This document shows, one piece after another, positions 30,609 to 40,405 of a stretch of 44,293 nt of DNA (position 1 is its first letter; every line of letters starts with the position of its first letter). The position numbers and the translations under genes were made by a program. Origin of the DNA: Candidatus Parcubacteria bacterium (GTDB taxonomy: Bacteria > Patescibacteriota > Minisyncoccia > Phycocordibacterales > UBA5272). The stretch is taken from assembly GCA_039805745.1 (NCBI GenBank), contig JBDLTQ010000036.1:1-44293 (forward strand), written 5' to 3'. Under the pieces are notes generated by a model. The model saw only the letters and a program-made list of their open reading frames with translations, ran no database searches and was not told the origin of the DNA.

Positions 30609-31641
30609 CGGTATTTTCAACTAAAACATCTTTGTATAATTCTATATCTTCTAGTATAACACCCGTACCTCGAGCAACAGCTGTGAGTGGATCATCTGCA
30701 ACAGATACTGGAACTTTGAGTTGCATTTCAACAAGTTGTGGCAGATTTTTGATAAGTGCGCCACCGCCTGCCAATGTCATTCCTTTGTGCATTATGTCTG
30801 CGAGAACCTCAGGTGGTGTTGTTTCGAGAACTTCACGAATAGCATCAGTTAACTGCGAGATGGAACCGTACATTGCCTCACGGATATCAACATCAGTAAT
30901 CACCGCCTCACGAGGAAGCCCAGTGACTAAATCACGTCCTTTCACACTCATTTCTGTACCTTCTTCATCAGGAAGAGCAGACCCTATTGTCATTTTTATA
31001 TGTTCGCCTGTCTTTTCTCCGATAAGCATCTTAAACTCATCTCGCATATAGGTAATAATATCTTGAGTTAATTTATCTCCAGCCACCTTGAGACTCTTTG
31101 CACGAACAACTCCAGAGAGAGCTACTACTGCGATGTCTGTAGTTCCACCTCCTATATCAACAATCATGTTACCTATTGGTTCATGAATCGGCATTCTCAC
31201 CCCAATCGCGGCAGCCATTGGCTCTTCCACAATATAGACTTTACTTGCACCTGCTGATTTTGCAGCGTCATATACGGCACGCATCTCAACATTGGTTACA
31301 CCAACAGGAATACCTACCACAACAGTTGGTCTAAATAATTTTCGATCAATGTCATTAGCTTTGTTGATAAGATAACTAAGCATTTCTTCTGTCACCTCAT
31401 AATCAGAAATAACCCCATCAACAAGTGGTCGAACAATACGGATATGTGAAGGTGTTCGCCCCATCATGTTCTTAGCCTCTATACCAACAGCAACAACGCG
31501 ATTTGTTTTTGTATTAAGAGCAACAACAGAAGGCTCGTTAATAACGATACCCCGTCCACGAAGATAGACAAGAGTATTAGCTGTTCCTAAGTCTATACCA
31601 ATATCATTTGAAAAACTCTGAAAAAATCGCTTTAACATCAC
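30589..31641 (-). CDS. mreB: Actin-like rod shape-determining protein MreB
   Basis: IGIDLGTANT, EPSVVA, EEPMAAAIG, DIGGGTTD, LAGGGAL. Confidence 0.98.
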   Translation of the reverse strand: MMLKRFFQSFSNDIGIDLGTANTLVYLRGRGIVINEPSVVALNTKTNRVVAVGIEAKNMMGRTPSHIRIVRPLVDGVISDYEVTEEMLSYLINKANDIDRKLFRPTVVVGIPVGVTNVEMRAVYDAAKSAGASKVYIVEEPMAAAIGVRMPIHEPIGNMIVDIGGGTTDIAVVALSGVVRAKSLKVAGDKLTQDIITYMRDEFKMLIGEKTGEHIKMTIGSALPDEEGTEMSVKGRDLVTGLPREAVITDVDIREAMYGSISQLTDAIREVLETTPPEVLADIMHKGMTLAGGGALIKNLPQLVEMQLKVPVSVADDPLTAVARGTGVILEDIELYKDVLVENTDDISFR

Positions 31642-31732
31642 CCCATTCTAGCACGACTCCATAATTGTGCTTGTCTTTACATAATAATAAAAAATATGTA
31701 GTATAGATATCACCATAACAAAGGAGGAATCC

Positions 31733-32125
31733 ATGGTACACTCAGTTCTTTTGAAAAAATTGTTTGCACTCACTGGATTAACCAGTGAAAAAACTGTAGA
31801 TTTCATCGGTAATATAATAACGCTACAACATAAAAATATGTACATTGTAGACACTATTGCTTCTGTTGGAATCAAAACACATCGTGACGAAACTCAAACT
31901 GTCATTTGTTTTGGACTTGGACATCATAAAGACATAACTATATCTTTTTGCTTTGACTGCGCTTTTCTCGAATATCACAAAGAAGGAGAAGAACCCTTCC
32001 ACGACGAATCACATAATGCTGAACCGCTTACCTCTGTTACAAAAACTGCCACGCTCTTTTTCGGAAAAGATATGCGCATCATTTGCACAGAAGACGGCAA
32101 CTACGCATACCACTCACGGTACTAA
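31733..32125 (+). CDS. Hypothetical protein (orphan)
   Basis: AAGGAGG 5 nt before ATG; TTTACA-17-TAGTAT upstream. Confidence 0.75.
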   Translation: MVHSVLLKKLFALTGLTSEKTVDFIGNIITLQHKNMYIVDTIASVGIKTHRDETQTVICFGLGHHKDITISFCFDCAFLEYHKEGEEPFHDESHNAEPLTSVTKTATLFFGKDMRIICTEDGNYAYHSRY

Positions 32126-32145
32126 TCAGTCAAGAAAGGCACATC

Positions 32146-32502
32146 ATGTTCACTTCTCCTCACACGCCATTTTCCGGTGATTTTTTTAAAAAAATACTTG
32201 AACTGTTTTGTGTAGAGTCTCATGATGAGATTCTTAAGCTACCGATCACTGTGCTTTCATCCGTAGACCCTGTGTGTACAACAGTGACAAACATCTATCA
32301 CCGACTAGATCATGGTGAAGAAGTTTTTGTGCTAGAGCTCAGTAATCAGTTTCAGATAAGCGTCTACTTTGATCTCTGTGTCTACCAAAACACACACCTC
32401 GACGGCTTAATACACGAAGAAGAACGTTGTTGTATCTTCTTTGGCAAAGGGCACAGCAACACTCTTTGCAAAGAAAAAGGCATCACTGCCTGGCCAACAT
32501 AA
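32146..32502 (+). CDS. Hypothetical protein (orphan), possible distant paralog of the upstream gene
   Basis: GAAAGG before ATG 32146; followed by a terminator hairpin. Confidence 0.65.
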   Translation: MFTSPHTPFSGDFFKKILELFCVESHDEILKLPITVLSSVDPVCTTVTNIYHRLDHGEEVFVLELSNQFQISVYFDLCVYQNTHLDGLIHEEERCCIFFGKGHSNTLCKEKGITAWPT

Positions 32503-32517
32503 CGACAAAAAAATCTT

Positions 32518-32549
32518 AAACACCCACAATATCACATGTGGGTGTTTTT
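32518..32549. terminator. Bidirectional terminator
   Basis: AAACACCCACA...TGTGGGTGTTT plus T tract, between convergent genes. Confidence 0.65.
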
Positions 32550-32575
32550 ATTTTTTATGATTGTCATAGTAAACC

Positions 32576-33331
32576 TTATGCCACACCTCGTTGTTTATTC
32601 CACTCATAGAGCGTTACTGCAACAGCATTAGAAGCATTTAATGATTCACACTTATCACTAATAGGGATAGAAAGTGAAAAATCACAATATGTGAGTGTTT
32701 TCTCTCGTATCCCTTTTCCTTCGCTTCCTATTATGATAACTGTTGGAGCGTCAAATGATACATTGTGGAGTGATGTTGACCCACTACCAGTAAGACCATA
32801 CACCCAAAAACCTTTTTCTTTAAGGGTGCGCAACATGTTGTGCACATTACCAATATGAACAAGCGGTATTGAAAATGTTGTACCAACAGAACTCTTTATC
32901 ACAGTACCATTCACTTCTGCTTGACTATGCTCTGGAACAAGAATTGCGTGTGCGCCAAACGCAACAGCAGAACGAATAATAGCGCCAACATTATGAGGAT
33001 CTTCTAATTCATCCAAAAGAATGACACATGGATTAGTGATGGTGGTATCATCAAGAACACGTTCAAGAGATGTATAGAGAGCCTCACGATGCACAAGAGC
33101 ACATACACCTTGATGTACAACGCCTCGACCAACTTTATGTTCAATCTCTTCTGTTGTTACTTTTGAGTAAGAAACTTTTGCTTTTTGCAAAAGACTCATA
33201 ATATGAGGATCTTGTTCTGCTTGTTTAGTAAGAAAAACTTCACCGAGGAGATTTTTGCCAGAAATAACTTTATGTAAAGCTTCCACAAGAGGGTTTTTCC
33301 CGTAAAGATACAGAGGTGTTCCTGATGACAT
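32576..33331 (-). CDS. rlmB: 23S rRNA Gm2251 2'-O-methyltransferase (TrmH/SPOUT family)
   Basis: LYGKNPL, HQGV, LDELEDPHNVGAIIRSA, GSEGKGI, SLNASNA. Confidence 0.93.
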   Translation of the reverse strand: MSSGTPLYLYGKNPLVEALHKVISGKNLLGEVFLTKQAEQDPHIMSLLQKAKVSYSKVTTEEIEHKVGRGVVHQGVCALVHREALYTSLERVLDDTTITNPCVILLDELEDPHNVGAIIRSAVAFGAHAILVPEHSQAEVNGTVIKSSVGTTFSIPLVHIGNVHNMLRTLKEKGFWVYGLTGSGSTSLHNVSFDAPTVIIIGSEGKGIREKTLTYCDFSLSIPISDKCESLNASNAVAVTLYEWNKQRGVA

Positions 33332-33343
33332 AATAATAGATTT

Positions 33344-33937
33344 TTATAAAGATATTTCAGTAAATGTAATAGTATTTGGGACCACAAAGAATACATCATC
33401 TACCACGGATTCTTCTTTACATGAATATGATCCAACCTGTGAACTGTTCCATGTATACGAAGCACTCATCTGTGTTCCAGTCGCAACAACACTCTGAGAT
33501 GATGTCTTTACTTTAGAACCTGTTGTAGGTGACATGCTTGACCATGTATAAGTATAACCATCACGCGTCAGCACACTTGATGCTATCTCCATACCTTGAG
33601 TCTTTGTTGTAAACTCTCCACGAATCATATTTTTTTGGACATAGACCTTCCCTTCTGTTGTCACACCTAAAACCGTCTGCTGTATCGTACATGTATACAA
33701 TGCATGTTTACTGAGAAGATCGGCAAATGACATATCTTTCTCAGTAATGACCACATCTGTAGTAGATGCTGTAGTAATGGCATGGTCACGTACTTCTTGT
33801 GCAGAAAGATCTTTTACTTCGACATCTGTCTGCATAGAAGTAACGTCATTTTTGACATACGACGTGACAAAATACCCACCAAGGACAGCCCCACCTATTA
33901 CCACGACCCCTACAATTATTTTTCCTAAAGTTGTCAT
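33344..33937 (-). CDS. Membrane-anchored hypothetical protein
   Basis: N-terminal TM, beta-rich domain (GKVYV...IRGEF...DGYTYTWSS), two Cys. Confidence 0.75.
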   Translation of the reverse strand: MTTLGKIIVGVVVIGGAVLGGYFVTSYVKNDVTSMQTDVEVKDLSAQEVRDHAITTASTTDVVITEKDMSFADLLSKHALYTCTIQQTVLGVTTEGKVYVQKNMIRGEFTTKTQGMEIASSVLTRDGYTYTWSSMSPTTGSKVKTSSQSVVATGTQMSASYTWNSSQVGSYSCKEESVVDDVFFVVPNTITFTEISL

Positions 33938-33979
33938 ATTATATACAAGTATACACCCGTACCTTCAGACACACAAAAA

Positions 33980-34840
33980 TTATTGCTCTATCTGCATATA
34001 CACATCCTGATTAAATCCACCCACACCAACGTACTCAACCCCCGCTTTTTCACCCTTCTTACACTTTAAAATATCTTCATACACACGACACCCGAAACAT
34101 CCTTCAGAGCCTTGAGGACACTCAAACTGCTTTGTGTCACGTGCGCGTTTTACTTGTATCGCAACATTGTATACCATCGTATACGCTTCATCTATATCCG
34201 GAAGACCCTTCTCTATAAAAGTATTATTTTCTAAATACCAATAACTAGCTTTAGAAACTTTTCGTTTCTGTAAAGCGTTACAAAGGAGAAGATATATTGG
34301 AAGCTGAAGAGATGACTCCTTTTCTTCATTTTTGCCAGTTTTGAAATCAATAATATGTAAAGTATCATCAGGTAGATACTCTATCCAATCTACAAGTCCA
34401 TTTAAAATAATATTATCATCTTCAGATAAAAAAAAGTTGCACGGCATTTCATTACGAGGAAGTTTAATACGCTTGCTCACCAAAAAACGAGGATCTTGTA
34501 GTGCTGTTTGTATCATTCGTGTTCCACGAGCCTTAAAATCAGCTTCTTGTTCATTATTTATAAACCCACCCTTTTTACCAGAAACCTTATTCCATTCTTG
34601 TTCAAAAATACCAAGAAGATCACGGTTCATACGATCCTCTGCAGGATATTCAGCGAGACCTTCAAGTACATTATGCACTGCGATACCAAGAGACATATAT
34701 GGTGTCACGAGTGTCATCTTACGGCCAGTATGAGGGTCTTTATATACATTATGAAGATAATAAAGACGTGGACATTTAATAAAATCACCCATAGAAGAGT
34801 GGGAAACCCATGTAGCTGTGTATTTATCAGGTTGTGACAT
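33980..34840 (-). CDS. PD-(D/E)XK nuclease (RecB/AddB/Cas4-like)
   Basis: SHSS...CPRLYY, GIAVHNVLE, GLVDW, IIDFKTG, QLPIY, C-terminal CPQGSEGCFGC. Confidence 0.9.
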   Translation of the reverse strand: MSQPDKYTATWVSHSSMGDFIKCPRLYYLHNVYKDPHTGRKMTLVTPYMSLGIAVHNVLEGLAEYPAEDRMNRDLLGIFEQEWNKVSGKKGGFINNEQEADFKARGTRMIQTALQDPRFLVSKRIKLPRNEMPCNFFLSEDDNIILNGLVDWIEYLPDDTLHIIDFKTGKNEEKESSLQLPIYLLLCNALQKRKVSKASYWYLENNTFIEKGLPDIDEAYTMVYNVAIQVKRARDTKQFECPQGSEGCFGCRVYEDILKCKKGEKAGVEYVGVGGFNQDVYMQIEQ

Positions 34841-34955
34841 ATTGTGTATACGATGAGTATACCACCAGCATACATAAAACTAGACAAAATATATAAAAGT
34901 TGTAGAGTATGTGTAGGTATTTTGTTCATTAATCAATAAGAAAGGTGGGGTGACC

Positions 34956-35480
34956 ATGAGCAAGAAACAACTACTGGTAGAAATTCCCTCTCTTTTTCTA
35001 TGTGAGCATAACCCACACTGGAAAGAAAGTAACCCTTACGGAGTGGTTGGTATATCAAAAACTGGGACACTACTTCTCAAACATTACCTCGCATCAGAAC
35101 GAGAAGTAGCTGTAGGTGTACGCAAAAGTGGTGAATTCGAAAAAATCGCAGTAATACACCAAGTTCTTGGAATACTAGATGGCGATATTTCTGAGTTAGT
35201 ATTGCCGTTCCAAGTAATGTTTCCAACATCAAAAATCAATCAAACGAAAGTTTCCCTTCGAGGGTTTAAAAATGATCGTTTTATCTTTTTTCGCATAGAT
35301 AAAAATGGAACGGCTGACATACGATCGATATACTCTGAAATACCAGATGAGGAATGTGCTAAGCATGTAGCAATGACGCACAACACGTATCGATCATATA
35401 TTCAATGCGACAATGAAGGAGGTGTCTTAAATTGCCGAATTAAAGCACAAGATCAAGAAAGGTTCCGTGAACTCTTCTAA
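34956..35480 (+). CDS. Hypothetical protein (orphan)
   Basis: AAGGTGGGGTGA SD-like site before ATG 34956; TAGACA-16-TAGAGT upstream; hairpin at about 35505-35535. Confidence 0.7.
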   Translation: MSKKQLLVEIPSLFLCEHNPHWKESNPYGVVGISKTGTLLLKHYLASEREVAVGVRKSGEFEKIAVIHQVLGILDGDISELVLPFQVMFPTSKINQTKVSLRGFKNDRFIFFRIDKNGTADIRSIYSEIPDEECAKHVAMTHNTYRSYIQCDNEGGVLNCRIKAQDQERFRELF

Positions 35481-35576
35481 GATAGTGTGAGACGGCACAC
35501 ATTCAAAAAACCATACATTTTTATGTGTGGTTTTTCTTTATACAAGCCACACACTAAACATTATCACAACATCTCT

Positions 35577-38500
35577 TTACACCACCCCTTGTAGCAAGTC
35601 TTCTTCAAATGCTCGCACCCCTTCTGCTGTTTTTTCATACGCTGACACATCTGGAAAATCAAGTGCTATAATCTTTGTATATACAATACCCATAAGCTTC
35701 TTAAGCCTCTCCTCTTCAAAAGGATCATCAAAAGAAAGTGTGAGTTCTTGTATCGTTCCATTAACTTCCTCTTCGACAAATAGAAGTGATCCTGACAACA
35801 CACGTGAACCATTATAACTTCGTCCATGTTCAATGAGCACTTTATAAAAAAGTAATTGATGACGGTAATGATGAAGTTTAATTTCATCATACTCATTTAA
35901 CTTTTCTTCCTCAAACGAAGAAAAACCTTTTCCTGTTTTTAAATCAGTTACATGATAGACCCCTTTTGTTGACTCTTTCATTACATCTATCTTTCCTGTA
36001 ATGTGTGCCCCATTAAGCACAACCCCTTCATGCTTAAAGTCTATTTCAACAAGTGATGTTCCATCAAATGTATCTTTTTTGAGATTATAAAAACGTTCAA
36101 GAGCTTTCTTGCCACGGTCAAGAAGTTTTTCTTCTTCATGTAAAAGTAATCGTCCGTATTTCATCTCTTTTGTAAATGTTGCAAGAAGAAGCGAAAGTGG
36201 TGGTACACTTTTTTCTCTCATTGCATACACTTCTGCTTCTTCAAGTGCTTTATGTATCGCTGATCCATACACCCCACTACTATTTTTTGCTTGAGGAAAA
36301 CGAAGTATGTTATTTTCAAGAAACATCATCGGTCCACCTTTTGTCACATCAAGAAATGTATTGAGATGAGTTGGCGAAAGCGCATACCCTTCAACTACTT
36401 TTTTAAGTAGTGCTTCTTCGTCATACGCAAATGGCGGCGCATGATAAGGTGAAAGACCAGAAACAAGTGACGGCACCTCTATTTCTCCGTCATACACTTT
36501 AGTGACTGGCAACTCTCCATGCTGAAGATATCGAAGCAAATTACTGTGATGAGTAAGATACAACGTGTGACGTGCACGAGTCAGTGCAACATATAAAAGC
36601 CGTATAAAATCATCTTCATTATCTCCCGCTTGAGCAAGAGGAAGGTTGCTCGGGAAACTTATCTTATTCCCAACTTTTCTTCCAGCCCACACTGCGTCAT
36701 TAAGAGAAATAACAAATACATACGCAAACTCAAGCCCTTTTGCACCATGAGATGTAAGAAGCTCTACGGAATTCTCATTATGAGCAAATGGAGTAGAATT
36801 GATAAGCGGTATGTTGTACGCCATATGCATATCAACAAAATCTCCAACATCTTCTGCTGTAAGTAACTCACCATGCCTCCATTCACGAAGTGCTCGCATA
36901 AAAACACGAAGCGAAGAAAGAAAATGAATATATTTACTTGGACTATGTTTTAAAATCTCTTTACCAAAATAAAAAGCTTTATAAGGCGATGTGTAGTCAG
37001 TAGAAAGTGAGAGTGCCGTGTACGTCAAAAAATCTTCTTCTTCATCCTCTGTGGTAAGAGGCATATCCTTACTCCCAATCAAAGTATCCAAAATAATTTC
37101 AAGAGGTGTTGTTTCTGCAAGAACTGAAAGTTCTGTTAAAAATGTAGCGACACGTCGTATAGACTCATCTTCACTTATAAGCATTGCCTCCATCCATGAT
37201 ATATGTTCACGCTTTGCTCTTTCAGCAACTTTCCAAATAGTAATTCTATCAAATCCCCAAAAACTATATGAAAGGATTTCAGGAAGTAAATGTTCTTTTC
37301 TGTCACTGGAAAGAGACGCCCCAAGATAACGGCATATAGTAATAAGCTCTCTCACATGTACCTCATCAAATACATTTTCTTTACGTGTGTAGGTATACGG
37401 CACATGCTTTTTATCAAGATATGGAAGAAGTGTAGTGAGACCTTTATGTTCACGGCTTATGACTGCAATTTCTTTTGCTTCTACACCTTCATCAAGAAGT
37501 TTTTTTATTTCGCGAGCAACATATGCATATTCTTCCTCTTCTGATGAAAATGAGTACGAAATAATAGACCCCTGTGGCAAGGCTATATTTTTAGCAACAA
37601 GCTCTTTATTAATTTCTTTATAGACATTCTCAAGACGATGAACCCCTTGCTTTACAACAACACGAGCAAAGTTAAGCACTTCTTGAGTTGAGCGATAGTT
37701 CTCAGTAAGTACAATAACAGAAACGTTATGATAAAGCTCTTGAAATGAATGAATGTTAGAAATTTCTGCACCTTGAAATTTATAAATCGCCTGATCATCA
37801 TCTCCTACCACACAAACATTTGGTCTCCCTTCATGAATAGGACTACTTGAAAGTGCTTTTACGAGAGATAGTTGCGCGTTGTTAGTATCCTGAAACTCAT
37901 CGACCATAACATATTGATACTGTTCTTCAAGTTCTGTACGAAGAGTATCGTTATGGGAAAGTGCTTCTACTACCTGAAGTATCATATCTTCGTAATCAAA
38001 GAGCCCTTGCTCATGCAACGCTTTCTGGTATGCATCATATACATCTGCAAGAGCATAAAGCTTAGGAAGATTAAGATATTCTTTAAGAACACGCTTCCCT
38101 GTGTCATCTTTTCCTGTGTATGAACTTTTCCACTCAGAAAGTGGTGTATTTTTTTCTTCTGTTTCTGCATATACGATAGCAGTCTCGATACTTGTAGCAA
38201 TCACATGAGCTATCTGTGTTCCAATAGCTCGTATACCATCCTTCATCTGCATAAACGCAACAAGTGAATCCTTGTTAATCCTCTCTGGAAGATACTCTTG
38301 TATTACACTATGAATGGCATCATACGACTGTGCATTTTCATCTATAATCTCTTTAAAACGCAAAGGGGTAAGTCCACCTTTTTTAATATCTTTAATGCGA
38401 GCCTGAGACTCCTTAAGATATGCATACCCACGTTCAGAATGATACGCACTCAATATATGTTTATGTGGTAAATGCTTAAAAATATCTTCAAGTATCTCAC

Positions 38501-38888
38501 TTTGAGTCAAATCACTTGCTGGTTTAAATGTAATATGATTAAAAAAATATTCTGGATATCTACTAATTACATCTGTACAAAATGAATGAAAAGTATAAAT
38601 CGCAACACGAAATGCATCAGGTCCAATAAGTTTTTCTAGACGCTCTCGCATATTACGTGCTGCAGTTTCAGTGAAAGTAAGGCACAAAATATTTGATGCA
38701 CGCACGTGTCCAATTCGGAGAATATTGCCAACACGGAGAGAAAGTAATTCTGTTTTTCCACTTCCTGGTCCTGCGATAACCATCACAGGACCTTCTATGG
38801 TATCTACAGCTTTCCGCTGTGCAGAATTAAGTTTTTTATAACGCTCTTCAAAAAGTTTATTGTAATCAGTAATATCTTTTATATTCAT
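35577..38888 (-). CDS. UvrD/PcrA-family ATP-dependent helicase with a C-terminal PD-(D/E)XK nuclease domain
   Basis: AGPGSGKT, LTFT, VDEFQDTN, VGDDDQAIYKFQGA, NYRS, HGAKGLEF, LLYVALTRA; then GKID...DLKTG...QLLFY. Confidence 0.95.
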   Translation of the reverse strand: MNIKDITDYNKLFEERYKKLNSAQRKAVDTIEGPVMVIAGPGSGKTELLSLRVGNILRIGHVRASNILCLTFTETAARNMRERLEKLIGPDAFRVAIYTFHSFCTDVISRYPEYFFNHITFKPASDLTQSEILEDIFKHLPHKHILSAYHSERGYAYLKESQARIKDIKKGGLTPLRFKEIIDENAQSYDAIHSVIQEYLPERINKDSLVAFMQMKDGIRAIGTQIAHVIATSIETAIVYAETEEKNTPLSEWKSSYTGKDDTGKRVLKEYLNLPKLYALADVYDAYQKALHEQGLFDYEDMILQVVEALSHNDTLRTELEEQYQYVMVDEFQDTNNAQLSLVKALSSSPIHEGRPNVCVVGDDDQAIYKFQGAEISNIHSFQELYHNVSVIVLTENYRSTQEVLNFARVVVKQGVHRLENVYKEINKELVAKNIALPQGSIISYSFSSEEEEYAYVAREIKKLLDEGVEAKEIAVISREHKGLTTLLPYLDKKHVPYTYTRKENVFDEVHVRELITICRYLGASLSSDRKEHLLPEILSYSFWGFDRITIWKVAERAKREHISWMEAMLISEDESIRRVATFLTELSVLAETTPLEIILDTLIGSKDMPLTTEDEEEDFLTYTALSLSTDYTSPYKAFYFGKEILKHSPSKYIHFLSSLRVFMRALREWRHGELLTAEDVGDFVDMHMAYNIPLINSTPFAHNENSVELLTSHGAKGLEFAYVFVISLNDAVWAGRKVGNKISFPSNLPLAQAGDNEDDFIRLLYVALTRARHTLYLTHHSNLLRYLQHGELPVTKVYDGEIEVPSLVSGLSPYHAPPFAYDEEALLKKVVEGYALSPTHLNTFLDVTKGGPMMFLENNILRFPQAKNSSGVYGSAIHKALEEAEVYAMREKSVPPLSLLLATFTKEMKYGRLLLHEEEKLLDRGKKALERFYNLKKDTFDGTSLVEIDFKHEGVVLNGAHITGKIDVMKESTKGVYHVTDLKTGKGFSSFEEEKLNEYDEIKLHHYRHQLLFYKVLIEHGRSYNGSRVLSGSLLFVEEEVNGTIQELTLSFDDPFEEERLKKLMGIVYTKIIALDFPDVSAYEKTAEGVRAFEEDLLQGVV

Positions 38889-38968
38889 ACATCACAGTAT
38901 ACGACACCTTGACCTAACTAGGTATATTGATGTAGATTTATTCATAGACCAACTTTTGGAGATCTATC

Positions 38969-39571
38969 ATGAACCCTATCCTTGAACCTTTTTATCGTAT
39001 TGACAATAAAGGGATTCAGGTAGCATGGTGGTGTACACGACAGATCGAACTGTTCACACTCATCTCCCACCAAGATATCGGTGCCACCCTTTTATGGTTA
39101 CACATCTACCTAATGACGGGTTTTTGGGTAATTGCAGGATTGAGTATTATTAATCTAGACATTCTGAGCTTTTTCTTCGTTTGTCTCATTCTATTGATAC
39201 AACATGATACGAAAAAAGCCCTCCTCTCTACTTTAGAAAATAAAAAGAATGAACAAGCGCTCCTTCCTAAAGAAATAAAGACCAGATTCCTACGAAGAAT
39301 CATCTACGCTCTGTGGTCTTTCATAATACTTATTTCTCTCTTTGCAACATTTTTCGAAAAAGAAGGTGAAATACAAAAGATACTAGCACAAGGAGAAGTG
39401 TTTCCTAGTGTTACTGTCATACTCTTTTGCTTTCTTGTCTTTTTATCAGGCATCATGCCGATACTCTCTGAGTACTATATGTGTACCTCCCCACTTCCTC
39501 CTGGAGAAAAAGGAAGGAAAACATACAAAAGAGTATTCAACCATCTGCTACATAAAATAAAAAATATATAA
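38969..39571 (+). CDS. Hypothetical membrane protein (orphan)
   Basis: About 4 hydrophobic segments; GGAG before ATG; hairpin directly after the stop. Confidence 0.7.
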   Translation: MNPILEPFYRIDNKGIQVAWWCTRQIELFTLISHQDIGATLLWLHIYLMTGFWVIAGLSIINLDILSFFFVCLILLIQHDTKKALLSTLENKKNEQALLPKEIKTRFLRRIIYALWSFIILISLFATFFEKEGEIQKILAQGEVFPSVTVILFCFLVFLSGIMPILSEYYMCTSPLPPGEKGRKTYKRVFNHLLHKIKNI

Positions 39572-39577
39572 AGCGGG

Positions 39578-39606
39578 AAGCGCGACGTCTACGACGTCGC
39601 GCTTTT
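39578..39606. terminator. Hairpin terminator between convergent genes
   Basis: AAGCGCGACGTC-TAC-GACGTCGCGCTT followed by a T tract. Confidence 0.7.
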
Positions 39607-39636
39607 TCATACCCACTATTTTCCCTTCTCTTTTTC

Positions 39637-40383
39637 CTAGAGCTTTGCTTTCACCTGACGCATCACACGGAGTGATGCATATATGATATCTAAAGGAATA
39701 GCTATTATATACTGCGCAGTTCGAAGCAGTGGTGTAGACAACATCCGAACCCTGTGACTATGTTCATACCAGACTGTAAAGAGAGCGATACATAACACAA
39801 CCATAAACTTCCAAATCTCACCAATATGTATCACAGTAAATGTCTCAACAAGAAGCGCCACTCCGACAAGACCGACAATTGTATATGCAGCTTGTGGCAT
39901 GCCTTTATATCTATGAATAAGTTTTGAAAGAATTGGTGTAATAAAAAGCATAGACACAACACCAATAGAAACCCCAAGCATTACAATATAAATATTTTCC
40001 GAAAATGAAACCGCAGAAATGACATTATCAATACTAAAAACAATATCAGCAAGAGCTATTTGGAAAATAACTGCTCGATAGGTACTTTTTTGTTGTAACG
40101 TCTTACCCTCTTCGTCCACAACCCTACCGAGATGACTGATCGCCAAATAGATAAGATACGCACCACCAAGCACTTTAAGCCATACATTCTGAATAATAAT
40201 CGAAGCAACAAAGAGTGCTACGATACGGAACAAGGCACCCAAGATAATACCAATACGTATAGCTTTTTTACGTTTCTCTTCAGGAAGAGCTTCTGCGAGC
40301 GTTGCATTCACAAGAGCATTGTCAACAGAGAGAAGAACTTCAATAATAAAAAGTGATGCAATAATAGATAAATATGTTTCCAT
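39637..40383 (-). CDS. TerC-family integral membrane protein
   Basis: IEVLLSVDNALV, GGAYLIYL, ADIVFSIDNV; start at METYL (40383). Confidence 0.92.
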   Translation of the reverse strand: METYLSIIASLFIIEVLLSVDNALVNATLAEALPEEKRKKAIRIGIILGALFRIVALFVASIIIQNVWLKVLGGAYLIYLAISHLGRVVDEEGKTLQQKSTYRAVIFQIALADIVFSIDNVISAVSFSENIYIVMLGVSIGVVSMLFITPILSKLIHRYKGMPQAAYTIVGLVGVALLVETFTVIHIGEIWKFMVVLCIALFTVWYEHSHRVRMLSTPLLRTAQYIIAIPLDIIYASLRVMRQVKAKL

Positions 40384-40405
40384 AAAAATAAAATTCTTTA
40401 AAAAA

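Noticed and set aside
33980-34840. cas4 / CRISPR adaptation gene
   Set aside because: No array, cas1 or cas2 in the window; generic PD-(D/E)XK nuclease is the safer call
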